IMG/VR virus record: IMGVR_UViG_3300046059_000043 | Span: 1-57,451 of that record | DNA from: a virus | Length of the DNA stretch: 57,451 nucleotides | Direction: 5' to 3' (one strand) | In this document: piece by piece, positions 25,552 to 34,313 of the stretch | Position numbering within the stretch: the first letter of the stretch is position 1 | Layout of the letters: every line of letters starts with the position of its first letter | The notes under the pieces: generated by a model | Databases searched by the model: none | What the model saw: the letters and a program-made list of their open reading frames with translations, nothing else | What the model was told of the DNA's origin: nothing | Position numbers and translations under genes: made by a program

Positions 25552-27483
25552 ATGCCCTACGACATCGCTCAGCGGTCCTGCACGCAGGCAGACGGCACCG
25601 AGGGCAGTTACGTGCTGCGGAAACGGTCCTCTGGCGAGCAGGTCAGCTGCCACGTGAGCCGCGCGGCGGCGGAGTCGGCCCGGCGCATCCGCGTGCAGGC
25701 CGAAAAGGAATCAGGCGCCCCTTCAACCAAAGCCACCGAAGAGGAGATTTCCGGGCGCTACGACGAGTTTCGGGGCACCGTCAACATGAACGCCTCCGAG
25801 ATTGAGCAGTGGGGGAGCACCGCTTGCGCGGACCAGGCGTCCCAAAACCCGCAGGAGGTCCGGAATCGCGTCATCGGCCTTCTCCGCACCCCGAAGGACC
25901 AGTGGGGCGAGAGCGAATACGAGGCCGCCGGGCGCGTGATCAGCTTCGTGAGCCGCATGAGGGGCGTTCAAGGCGGGGACGCGCCGAGCGACGACTGCCC
26001 GTCGAAGCGCACGATCTCGCTCCGCAACTGGGGCTTTGATCCGAACAAGAGCGCAGGCGTCCAGGTAGGCACCGGACCTGACGAGAGTCTTTCAAGCGAC
26101 CCCTCAAAACAGACCCCCTCAATAGGGACCCCCTCAATGGAGGATCCTCTGATCAACTTCGGCGGCGGCTTGAAGGTGCTCGGGTCGGGGAAGCAGTATG
26201 GAAAGGACCCCAGCGGCCCTCGCGTGGGCGGGTACGCCATCGTCTACACGGGGCCAAACGACCTGGACTTGGACGGACAGTTCTTCTCGAAGGAGACCGA
26301 CTTTTGGCTCCCACAGGGGAGCAAAGGCTTCGTGTGGCCCATTTACGGCCACGGCCAGGACCCGACCCTCAAGAACAAACGCTTCAGCTCCGAGCCGTGG
26401 AAGGTGCGGGAGGACGATGCGGGCCTCTGGATGGAGGGGCAGCTCGAAATCGCCGACAAGTACGACGAGATGGTGCTGGAGAAGGGCATCAAGCCGGGCA
26501 AGATGGGGCTCTCCACCGGAGCGCTCTCTCACCTCGTCTCCGTCAGCCGCACGAAAGAAGGCCCAGACGGCGCTGAGCACATCGACGACTGGCCCGTCTA
26601 CGAGAATTCGATCACGCCGCAGCCGTCGGAGTTCCGGACCAAGCTGGGCCTGGAGGTCAAGGAGCATGGCATCCGTCGCCTCGGTGACCTGCCGATGCCG
26701 GGGGCGAAAGCCATCTGCACGGGCCACGGCCCCCAGCGGTTCGGGGCAGGGGAGCGCGCGGAAGAGGGGGCCGCCCGCAGCGTTCGCGCCCGGAAGGCTC
26801 AGCACGACTATTCGGAGGGGGACCTGGTCGCCTGGGAGGGAGGGGATGCTCAGGGGCGCGTCGTGAACGTGTCGACGAGCGGGACCGCGAGCGGATCGCT
26901 AGAGCCAGAGGGGACCAGCCACGAGACCTCTGAGGAGAACCCCGGCTACATCATCCAGCTCGTTGATCGGGAGGATGGGCAGATCGTGGGCCGCACCGAC
27001 GAGGACGGCAACCCGCAAACCGTCTTTCACCGTGCCGGAAGCCTCACCTCGATCACCGAGGAGGAGGTCTCACAGAAAAGCTTGCCTGAAGAGTTTCCGC
27101 TCAAGGAACTGGCGGGCTTTGCCGACTCTCTGACCGAGCAGATTGAGGCGGCGGAGGCGGGCCTCAAGCTCGACAACCTGGCGTCTGGCCTCTCTGCCCT
27201 CACGAAGAGCCTCCAGAAAGGTTCGACCCTCGGGCAGAACCTCGACCAGCAGATCATGTCGACAGTTGGAGCCAACGAGGACATGAGCCGAGCCGACGTA
27301 ATCGAAGAGATGGCGAGCGAGGCGGAGATTGACGAGAGCACCGTCCGGTCCATCCTCGGGGATTCCCCGGAAATCGACTGCCCGCCCCGCGCCCGCCTCG
27401 AAGGATTTGCCCGCGCATTTGGAATTGACACCGAAACGGTTGTAGGTTGGGCGCGAAGCGACGGATGTAGTTACGACGGATAG
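25552..27483 (+). CDS. Prohead protease (HK97/S78-type) fused to N- and C-terminal extra domains (643 aa)
   Basis: Protease core GYAIVYTGPNDLDLDGQFF...IYGHGQD...EDDAGLWMEG...MGLSTGALSH...ENSITPQPSE. The N-terminal segment SGRYDEFRGTVNMNASEIEQW...EYEAAGRVISFVSRMRG is DUF3140-like from memory. The acidic helical C-terminus looks scaffold-like. Confidence 0.75.
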   Translation: MPYDIAQRSCTQADGTEGSYVLRKRSSGEQVSCHVSRAAAESARRIRVQAEKESGAPSTKATEEEISGRYDEFRGTVNMNASEIEQWGSTACADQASQNPQEVRNRVIGLLRTPKDQWGESEYEAAGRVISFVSRMRGVQGGDAPSDDCPSKRTISLRNWGFDPNKSAGVQVGTGPDESLSSDPSKQTPSIGTPSMEDPLINFGGGLKVLGSGKQYGKDPSGPRVGGYAIVYTGPNDLDLDGQFFSKETDFWLPQGSKGFVWPIYGHGQDPTLKNKRFSSEPWKVREDDAGLWMEGQLEIADKYDEMVLEKGIKPGKMGLSTGALSHLVSVSRTKEGPDGAEHIDDWPVYENSITPQPSEFRTKLGLEVKEHGIRRLGDLPMPGAKAICTGHGPQRFGAGERAEEGAARSVRARKAQHDYSEGDLVAWEGGDAQGRVVNVSTSGTASGSLEPEGTSHETSEENPGYIIQLVDREDGQIVGRTDEDGNPQTVFHRAGSLTSITEEEVSQKSLPEEFPLKELAGFADSLTEQIEAAEAGLKLDNLASGLSALTKSLQKGSTLGQNLDQQIMSTVGANEDMSRADVIEEMASEAEIDESTVRSILGDSPEIDCPPRARLEGFARAFGIDTETVVGWARSDGCSYDG

Positions 27484-27502
27484 CCCTCTACAAACAGCCC
27501 GT

Positions 27503-27525
27503 CACCTCTCAGAGTGCAACAGACC
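27503..27525 (+). promoter_or_regulatory. CACCTCTCAGAGTGCAACAGACC box upstream of the capsid gene
   Basis: A degenerate relative of the int and terL upstream boxes, 58 nt before the ATG at 27583. Confidence 0.3.
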
Positions 27526-27582
27526 CGCTTGCCCGGCTCAGGGCGCACCTACTCTTTTTCTCACAACCGCACTCTGACACTT

Positions 27583-29031
27583 ATGAAAACGCGAATCACA
27601 ACCTTTCTCTGCGCGGTCCTTGGGGCCGTAGCGGTAGGTGTCGCCCTGGCCCTACCTGCCGAGGCCGCAGACACGCTTTCTCGTCTCGCTTCGGATCTGA
27701 TGAGCGCTCAGGCCGACCCTGGGGTCCTCCTGGCGGAGATGGCGCTCCCTGCCGCCACGAAGGAGAAGATCGACGACATCAAGAAAAACATGAAGGAGCT
27801 TCTGGACCCGGACGACGGCCTGATGGCGAAGGTGGGCACCATCGAGGGGCGCCTCGAAAACGTGAAGGAAAAGATTGAGAAGCGCTCCCTCGACAACGCT
27901 GAGTGGGTCGACGAGCTCAATGAGGCGATCAAGGAGCAGAAGATTAAGGAGGTCATGGAGGACATGTCCGAGGAGCTCCATGAGCGCATGGACGAGATCG
28001 AGAACCTCGGTGAGCTGGGCAATGGCAAGGCGGGCGGGTCCACGGGCCAGAAGATTGCCGAGAGCTTCAAGTCCGCCTACGAAAGCGCCTCGGACCCCGT
28101 CCGGGGGAAGTGGAGCGCGGACCTCTCCGGGATGCTGCTGAAGGAGATCACGAACGTCAGCGGCTCGGCGGGGCCGGCCATCGTGGAGCAGCAGCAGGAC
28201 GAGATCGTCGGCACCTCTCTCCGAGAGGTCACGATCTTCGACCTGCTGGATTCGGTCCCGGTGTCCACCGACACGGTCGACTTCGTGCGCGTGAAGGCGG
28301 TCACCGACAACGCAGGCAGCCAGCCCGGCCAAGGCGGCACCGTCCCGTTCAGCGACTGGACCTTTGAGGAGGTCAGCAAGAAGATCGAGACGATCATGAT
28401 GAAGGTGCGGGCCGCCCAGCAGGTCCTCGAAGACGAGCAGCGGCTCGAAAACTTCGTCCGCACAGAGCTGCGCCGATACCTCCTGATTGAAGCCGAAAAT
28501 CAGATCATCACCGGCGACGGCGTCGGCAACAACCTGCTCGGCCTCGTCCCGCAGTCGGTCGATTACGACAACAACTTGGAGGTCTCGGTCGTGGACAGTC
28601 CGGTCACGGACCTCGACCGCATCATGGTCGCCATCCTCCAGACGCAGCGCTCCGAGCTTCCGGCCACGGGCATCCTGATGCCCTACCTGAACTGGACCTC
28701 GATCCAGCTCATCAAGGACCAGGAGGGCCGCTACCTGTTCGTCCAGCCGCAGACTGACACGACGCCGCGCCTCTGGGGCCTGCCCGTCAATCCGACCAAC
28801 GCCCTGCCCGAAGGGTCCGCCCACGTCGGCAACTACAACCTGGGCGCCACCTTCTACGACCGGCAGGACACCGAGGTGATGGCCTCGACGGAGGACGAGG
28901 ACAATTTCCAGCGCCTGCTCGTCACGTTCCGCGCCACGATGCGGGGCCAGGTGGCCGTTAAGCGCAAGGAGGCGCTCGTCTCCATCCCGCAGGGCGAGCT
29001 GGACGGCACGGCTCCGACCGCTGGATCGTAA
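27583..29031 (+). CDS. Major capsid protein (HK97 fold) with an N-terminal coiled-coil delta/scaffold domain
   Basis: TIFDLLDSVPVSTDTVDFVRV, LEDEQRLENFVRTELRRYLLIEAENQIITGDGVGNNLLGL and ATFYDRQD...EDEDNFQRLLVTFRATMRGQVAVKRKEA are typical HK97-family blocks. The start is uncertain: 27583, or a downstream Met near 27703. Confidence 0.9.
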   Translation: MKTRITTFLCAVLGAVAVGVALALPAEAADTLSRLASDLMSAQADPGVLLAEMALPAATKEKIDDIKKNMKELLDPDDGLMAKVGTIEGRLENVKEKIEKRSLDNAEWVDELNEAIKEQKIKEVMEDMSEELHERMDEIENLGELGNGKAGGSTGQKIAESFKSAYESASDPVRGKWSADLSGMLLKEITNVSGSAGPAIVEQQQDEIVGTSLREVTIFDLLDSVPVSTDTVDFVRVKAVTDNAGSQPGQGGTVPFSDWTFEEVSKKIETIMMKVRAAQQVLEDEQRLENFVRTELRRYLLIEAENQIITGDGVGNNLLGLVPQSVDYDNNLEVSVVDSPVTDLDRIMVAILQTQRSELPATGILMPYLNWTSIQLIKDQEGRYLFVQPQTDTTPRLWGLPVNPTNALPEGSAHVGNYNLGATFYDRQDTEVMASTEDEDNFQRLLVTFRATMRGQVAVKRKEALVSIPQGELDGTAPTAGS

Positions 29032-29690
29032 TGATGCAGGATCCGGGTAAGCTCATCATCGGCGTCGGGACGGGCCGCTGCGGCACGAAGAGCCTCGTTC
29101 GGCTCTTGGCTCAGCAGCCCGCCACCCATGCCACGCACGAGCGGTTTCAGGACCGCGTGCGCTGGAACTGCCCAAAGAACCTGTGGCCCCTCCGGCTCTG
29201 GCGGGACACGGCTCAGCAGGAGGGGCCACCCGTTCGCGCGGAGGTGGCCCTTCACTGGACGCCCCACATTCGGGCGTTTCTCAAGTGGGCCGATCAGGAG
29301 GGCCGAACCCTCCGTGTCGTGGGCCTGAAGAGGAGCCGAGAGGAGACCATCGATTCCTACATGCGGTGGAAGCCCGATGCGGATCACTGGTCGTATCACG
29401 GCCATCGGTCACAGGCGACCGACGACTGGGACCACTGCTACCCGCCCGAGATGGAGGCGGACTCGAAGCGGGAGGCGATCGGCCTGTTTTGGGACCGCGT
29501 GTATTCGGAACTGGAGTCTATCGACGACGAGCGAGTGAAAGTCTTCAGGACTGAGGACCTGAACACTGAGGAGGGGGTCCGCTCTATCCTCAGCCACTGC
29601 GGCTACGAGGACCCCGTCGTAGACGTGGGAATCCAGATCCAAGCTCCTACCATCGAGGACGCCCGCAACTCGACGCAATGGGAGAGCTGA
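29031..29690 (+). CDS. Sulfotransferase-like protein (219 aa)
   Basis: IIGVGTGRCGTKSLVRLL resembles the PAPS 5'-phosphosulfate-binding loop (RSGTT type). VVGLKRSREETIDSY resembles the 3'-phosphate-binding R...S element. Its ATG overlaps the capsid stop (TAATG). Confidence 0.55.
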   Translation: MMQDPGKLIIGVGTGRCGTKSLVRLLAQQPATHATHERFQDRVRWNCPKNLWPLRLWRDTAQQEGPPVRAEVALHWTPHIRAFLKWADQEGRTLRVVGLKRSREETIDSYMRWKPDADHWSYHGHRSQATDDWDHCYPPEMEADSKREAIGLFWDRVYSELESIDDERVKVFRTEDLNTEEGVRSILSHCGYEDPVVDVGIQIQAPTIEDARNSTQWES

Positions 29691-29714
29691 CTTTCAGGAC
29701 GCTGCATAAAGAAA

Positions 29715-29744
29715 GCCCGCTCCGAGCGGTAACTCGAAGCGGGC
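29715..29744 (+). terminator. Hairpin GCCCGCT-C-CGAG-CGGTAA-CTCG-A-AGCGGGC after the sulfotransferase gene
   Basis: A 7+4 bp interrupted stem read directly. No T-run follows. Lower-GC spacer lies downstream. Confidence 0.35.
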
Positions 29745-29878
29745 ATAAGGTGTGCCAAGGGCGGCACAGACTGAAGTATTACTATGGTAACAAACGAATA
29801 CGACTGGGACAAGCCCGGACGAACACAAGAACACCGACTCTCTGAATCTTCACCTTGCCTTGACGGTGGACGAAGAGG

Positions 29879-30988
29879 ATGATTGACGAGATCGCCCACA
29901 TCATCCCGACGCACGAGCGGCCCGCCGTCGCTCAGCGCCTGGTCGATTCGATCAACCACTTTTATCCGGATTCGCAGGTCTACGTCTGCGACGACAGCCG
30001 CGCGCCAGAAACCTACGACGGGGCGACCGATGTCCCCGCGACGGCCTACGACATCGGCCTCAGCGCAAAGCGCAACCTGCTGGTGCAGGCGTCGACCGAA
30101 CCCTACGTGATGCTCTGGGACGATGACTACGTCTGTACCTCCAACACGGACCTTCGCGTCTTCTATGAGCTTCTCCAGGAGGTAGAGGGCTGTGGGATGG
30201 TCGGGGCCGAGTGGTCGCTCAGCCAAACGCAGGACCGAAATGTCTGGTTTACCGGCCAGCTCATTCCGAACGGCGCAGAAGTTAAGGTCCGCCCGCCCGA
30301 GGGAGACCCTGAGCGCATCGAGACCGGCGTGGGCACCCTCGCCTATCACGAAGTCGACCTGCTCCCGAACTGGTTCATGGCGCGGCGCGAGCTTCTGGAG
30401 ACCGTCCCGTGGGACGAGAAGCTGAAGCTGAACGAGCACCTCGAATTCTTTGCCCGCCTCACCGCGATTCGGGCAGACAGCCCACGCGGGAAGCGGTGGC
30501 GCGAGCGGTGGGAAACGCTCCAGGAGGGTGAGGACCTCTTCAAGGCCAGCCAGAATGGGAAAGCGGTCGTGCAGGCCCAAGCATCCTTCTCAAATAAGAA
30601 CCATCTGGAGCACATCGGCGGCCATGTAGCGACCGGCGACTGGATCGAGGTAGATTCCGACTACGCGGAGGAGCTAATCGACTCGGGGCTCGCCCTCCCG
30701 ATGAGCGCAGTAAGGGACACGCGCCCATTCCCATTGCTAAAGGGAACAGTGGACATGGATATGAAGTGTGTCTTAACGCCAAATACGACATCCCAGCACA
30801 TGCGAAGCGAGGGCCGCGCCTCTGAGGCGTACACGGAGAAGAGGTACCGCCGCGATCAGTTCATGCCGCTTCAGAAGGCAAAGCTCGGCATTCGGACGCG
30901 GGACCTGGTCCAGTGGTCGAGGTATCCGTACCCGTCGCCCGACTTTGACGACCCAGACCCCTCTCTACTCGAACTGCCTTCTGTCTAA
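29879..30988 (+). CDS. Family-2 (GT-A fold) glycosyltransferase with a C-terminal extension (369 aa)
   Basis: IIPTHERPAVAQRLVDSINHFYPDSQVYVCDDS follows the GT2 N-terminal pattern, and LWDDDY is a DxD motif. Confidence 0.7.
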   Translation: MIDEIAHIIPTHERPAVAQRLVDSINHFYPDSQVYVCDDSRAPETYDGATDVPATAYDIGLSAKRNLLVQASTEPYVMLWDDDYVCTSNTDLRVFYELLQEVEGCGMVGAEWSLSQTQDRNVWFTGQLIPNGAEVKVRPPEGDPERIETGVGTLAYHEVDLLPNWFMARRELLETVPWDEKLKLNEHLEFFARLTAIRADSPRGKRWRERWETLQEGEDLFKASQNGKAVVQAQASFSNKNHLEHIGGHVATGDWIEVDSDYAEELIDSGLALPMSAVRDTRPFPLLKGTVDMDMKCVLTPNTTSQHMRSEGRASEAYTEKRYRRDQFMPLQKAKLGIRTRDLVQWSRYPYPSPDFDDPDPSLLELPSV

Positions 30989-31003
30989 TTACCCTACAGT
31001 CTC

Positions 31004-31447
31004 ATGGCTACGCGCATCGAAGCACTCGCGTCCTTCGCAAACAGCGACGAGCTCGGCGACATTGGCGGGCTTATCGCTACTGGCGAAACCGCCGTCGTCG
31101 CCGACGAATACGCGGAGGAGTTGGAGCGGCAGGGGCTTGTGGAGATCATCGATACCGATGTAAACAGAAGCGATGACGGGGCGGAGGACGAATCGGACGG
31201 ATCAACCTCAACTTCCAGCTCTGAGGAGGGTGCTTCTGAGGAGCGGTCATTCGAGCACACGAGTTACGTCGATGAAGACGGCACTTTCACCGAGGAACTT
31301 CCCCACCATGAGCTGCTGGCGGAGTCAGGCGTTAATACCTTTGACGACTTGGCCGGGATCGCGGGCGCTTTTGAGTTCATAAGGGGAATCGGCCCCGCGA
31401 AGGCGGAGGACCTAAGCGAAGCCTGGGACGAAATTGTCAGTGAGTGA
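31004..31447 (+). CDS. Acidic protein with a C-terminal helix-hairpin-helix (147 aa)
   Basis: FEFIRGIGPAKAEDL is HhH-like. The N-terminal GGLIATGETAVVADEYAEELERQGL module is shared with the GT C-terminus. Confidence 0.55.
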   Translation: MATRIEALASFANSDELGDIGGLIATGETAVVADEYAEELERQGLVEIIDTDVNRSDDGAEDESDGSTSTSSSEEGASEERSFEHTSYVDEDGTFTEELPHHELLAESGVNTFDDLAGIAGAFEFIRGIGPAKAEDLSEAWDEIVSE

Positions 31448-32133
31448 TGGACGTGCGCACAGAGGACCTCATTACGAAAGATGATGTGGGCGATGCCCTG
31501 ATGCGCGCCGACGAGGGCGACGTGATTCGGGATAAGGCCCTCAAGGACGGCTCGGACTTCGAAGAGGAGGCGCTGGAGACAATTCGCTCAGTGACGGGTC
31601 GCATCCAGGACTGGCTTGCCCGCGACCTGATCGCGGCGGAGCATACCGACTACCTGAGTCCGCGCGACTGGTCGCAGAAGCGCGCCCACCCGACCCCCTC
31701 GACGGCCCACCCCTACCGCTACTACCCCCGCCAGTGGCCTCTGCTCGGCGTCACAGGCAAAAGCGACGCTGAACCCAGCGTGCACCTCGGGTCGGGCAGC
31801 AAGGTGGTCTGGTCCACCGCCTCGTCGCTTGCCTACGTGACGTACATCGCCGGTTACAAGCGCCCCGACCAGCAGCATTCGGACTTCCCGACTGTGGTCA
31901 CCGACAACGTAAGCCAAGGCGCGATCCCGCGCCTGCCAGAGAAGATCAGGCAGGTGGCCGAAAACATCGTTATCTACCGCCTCATGCAGCGGCTGAGCGG
32001 GCTGATTGGGATCTCGATGTCGGAGGTCTCATACGGGGAATTCGAGAACACGAAGAGCCAAAGGGAGGCCGACAAGGACTACGAAGAAAGGCAGCTCCGC
32101 ACGCTGACGGCGGGGCATGGCGCCATCGCCTAA
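31447..32133 (+). CDS. Putative head-tail adaptor/connector protein (228 aa)
   Basis: Assigned by position in the neck module. ATG overlaps the upstream TGA (TGATG). No strong motif. Confidence 0.4.
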   Translation: MDVRTEDLITKDDVGDALMRADEGDVIRDKALKDGSDFEEEALETIRSVTGRIQDWLARDLIAAEHTDYLSPRDWSQKRAHPTPSTAHPYRYYPRQWPLLGVTGKSDAEPSVHLGSGSKVVWSTASSLAYVTYIAGYKRPDQQHSDFPTVVTDNVSQGAIPRLPEKIRQVAENIVIYRLMQRLSGLIGISMSEVSYGEFENTKSQREADKDYEERQLRTLTAGHGAIA

Positions 32134-32174
32134 CCCACCACCCACGCGCGCCCCGCCTATATGAACATCCCTAT

Positions 32175-32804
32175 ATGAACATCAACATCGAGCACAACAT
32201 CGGCCAGGTGGCGGAGGTGTGGATGGAGGCCCCCGAGAGGCTCAAGCCGGAGGTGCTGCGGCCCTTAGCGAAGCGGATCCAGGTGCGCTTCGGCCAGATT
32301 GCGACGAACCGCTACATGCAGGAGGGGCCACCGAAGCTCCCGTGGGCCAACCGGTATCCGGACCGGCCCGCGGCGGATCCCGGTCCGCTTCGCAAGCTGC
32401 GCGGCCAGCTCGCCGCGGGCTATGAGGGCCGGTTTTACGGGGGCGAGCGGCAGGGGGAGACGAGCGTTGAGATTAGCGTGGGGGAAAGCTCGTTCCAGCT
32501 CCAGTGGAGCCGCGTCGTCAAGACGGCCTACGCCCGAATGCACGAGAAGGGCGGCTCGTTTAGCCACGAGGTCCCGATCACCGATCGGATGCGCGGCTAT
32601 CTCTACTACAAGGCGCAGGAGCAATCCTCCGGGCGCGGAACCGACTGGATGGCTCTCTTTATCGCTTCGCAGCACCAGAGCACGTTTTCTGTGGAGGGGT
32701 CCATCCCTGCCCGCCCCGTCGCAGAGCCGACGGCGGAGGACCTTCAGCCCTTCATCGTAGAGACGGCGGGTGACCTCGCCGATGACGTGCTTTCGGACCT
32801 TTGA
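32175..32804 (+). CDS. Putative neck/virion morphogenesis protein (HK97 gp10 / Mu gpG-like)
   Basis: YARMHEKGG...IPARPVAEPTAEDL resembles the conserved end of those families. Position in the neck module fits. Confidence 0.5.
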   Translation: MNINIEHNIGQVAEVWMEAPERLKPEVLRPLAKRIQVRFGQIATNRYMQEGPPKLPWANRYPDRPAADPGPLRKLRGQLAAGYEGRFYGGERQGETSVEISVGESSFQLQWSRVVKTAYARMHEKGGSFSHEVPITDRMRGYLYYKAQEQSSGRGTDWMALFIASQHQSTFSVEGSIPARPVAEPTAEDLQPFIVETAGDLADDVLSDL

Positions 32805-32828
32805 GCCGAACCAGCCCACCCCGCCGAC

Positions 32829-33401
32829 ATGAGCGCAATTCGGGAGGTCCCTCCAGCCGATAAGCGCGCGAAGCTACGCGAGCTAATTGAGGGAGTGTTC
32901 GCCGACCACGGCCTCGACTTCCAGGTGTACGAGCGCCCCGTGAACCAGCTCCTGAAGGTCTCCTCACGCTTGCAAGAGCGGATCGTGGCGGAGAGTCCTG
33001 CAAGCGAGCGGGTCCGCTTCTGCTCGATCTACTGGGCCGGGCCGCAAGATGAGAGCATGGTGAGCGGCGGCTCGCAAAATTCGCTGTTGCGGCTGGACGG
33101 CTCTCAGCACGGTGGAGTTGACCTTTTCCGCGTCACGCTTGACCTTGAATGGGAGAGTGGGGACGAGACGCCCGGCTCGGGGTCGTTCCCCGCGTGGGAG
33201 AACCTGGTGATCGGCGAGAATCCGCTCGGCCTCGTGTCGACGCTGCGCCAGCAGCCGGTCCTTCACTTGGATTCCGGCGATACGGTCTACCTCTCGGTCC
33301 CCCTGAACCCAAGCTTTCCGCCTGGCCCACGGCCCACGAAAGACCTTGGCATCGAAGCGACCCACCACGGCCAGTTTGAGGTGGCGGTCACGCACTGGTA
33401 G
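32829..33401 (+). CDS. Putative tail terminator/neck protein (190 aa)
   Basis: Assigned only by its position immediately upstream of the tail tube gene. Confidence 0.35.
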   Translation: MSAIREVPPADKRAKLRELIEGVFADHGLDFQVYERPVNQLLKVSSRLQERIVAESPASERVRFCSIYWAGPQDESMVSGGSQNSLLRLDGSQHGGVDLFRVTLDLEWESGDETPGSGSFPAWENLVIGENPLGLVSTLRQQPVLHLDSGDTVYLSVPLNPSFPPGPRPTKDLGIEATHHGQFEVAVTHW

Positions 33402-33443
33402 CACAGACGCCATTCCGCTTTTTTACAGCAGCCCGCCCCCGAT

Positions 33444-33923
33444 ATGGCTAAGCAAGGAGCATCCATCAAAGATCAGCAGCTCAAGTACGAGTACACGACC
33501 GACAACCCCTTCGAGGTCAGCTCCCCCACCTGGACGGAGATTGACGCCGTCCGCATGAGCGACGACAGCTCGGACCGGCCCCAGGTCGGATCCGTCGGCG
33601 CGACCGTCTTGGACGGTCGCCAGTCCTCGGCCCGGAAGGAGCTAGAGTTTGCCTACGCGGTCAAGAAGCACCAGAGCGAGGGCGCAGAGATTGACAACCT
33701 CCAGCAGTACGACGATGAGGAGACGCCCATCTGGGTCCGCGAGACGCCGCTTCAGGACGCAGGCACGCCCGATGTGATCGGCGGGCGCCTCGGCCTCATT
33801 CCGCGCATTGCCCAGCAGAAGCAGGGGAGCGACGGGCACCACATCTACCTGCTTGAGCTGAGCGGCACGGAGGCGCAGGCCGGGAAGCTGATGACGGAGG
33901 ATCCGAATTACACCGGCTCCTAA
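33444..33923 (+). CDS. Putative major tail (tube) protein (159 aa)
   Basis: Assigned by its position directly before the chaperone pair and the tape measure gene. Confidence 0.5.
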   Translation: MAKQGASIKDQQLKYEYTTDNPFEVSSPTWTEIDAVRMSDDSSDRPQVGSVGATVLDGRQSSARKELEFAYAVKKHQSEGAEIDNLQQYDDEETPIWVRETPLQDAGTPDVIGGRLGLIPRIAQQKQGSDGHHIYLLELSGTEAQAGKLMTEDPNYTGS

Positions 33924-33971
33924 CCCACGCGACGCGTAGCGTAGCCACTCAGACAACCACCAGTTTGGCCC

Positions 33972-34313
33972 ATGTTTCAGGTACAGCGAGACATGGAGGG
34001 TGGTGGGAAAGAGCTGGAGCTGGAGCCCCCCTTGGAGACGGTCGACAAGGAGGACATCTCGCTCCGCGACGTGTCGCGTCTGTGCCAGCTTCTGAACAAG
34101 GGTTCAGAGCAGGACGTGGACGTAGACCACATCCTCCAGGGCAAGCCGGTCAAGTTCCCCGAGCAGGTCGGCCTGCGGCAGGCGCATGAGTTTATGGACC
34201 TCATGCTCGAAAACGCCCAGGCGTACGACATCGAGGCGATGCCTGCCTACCAGGTGCAGAGCCTCTTGGGGGTGATGACCGACCATTTTATCTCTGCCTC
34301 ACGTGGCAACTGA
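33972..34313 (+). CDS. Tail assembly chaperone (gpG-like, 113 aa)
   Basis: Position upstream of the tape measure gene. A start-less -1 frame ORF overlaps and extends it. Confidence 0.7.
   Translation: MFQVQRDMEGGGKELELEPPLETVDKEDISLRDVSRLCQLLNKGSEQDVDVDHILQGKPVKFPEQVGLRQAHEFMDLMLENAQAYDIEAMPAYQVQSLLGVMTDHFISASRGN

Noticed and set aside
29031-29690. Reading GVGTGRCGTKS as a Walker A P-loop NTPase or kinase.
   Set aside because: The spacing does not fit GxxxxGK[ST] because Lys is one residue too far. It fits the sulfotransferase PSB loop better, together with a downstream R...S element. The call still needs HMM confirmation.
32157-32183. Tandem duplication CTATATGAACATC x2 at the start of ORF 32175..32804. 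It creates a 5-codon mini-ORF (MNIPI) upstream.
   Set aside because: This is probably a trivial slippage duplication of the initiation region. There is no evidence of function. It is noted only because it offers two alternative ATGs, of which only the second is in frame with the gene.
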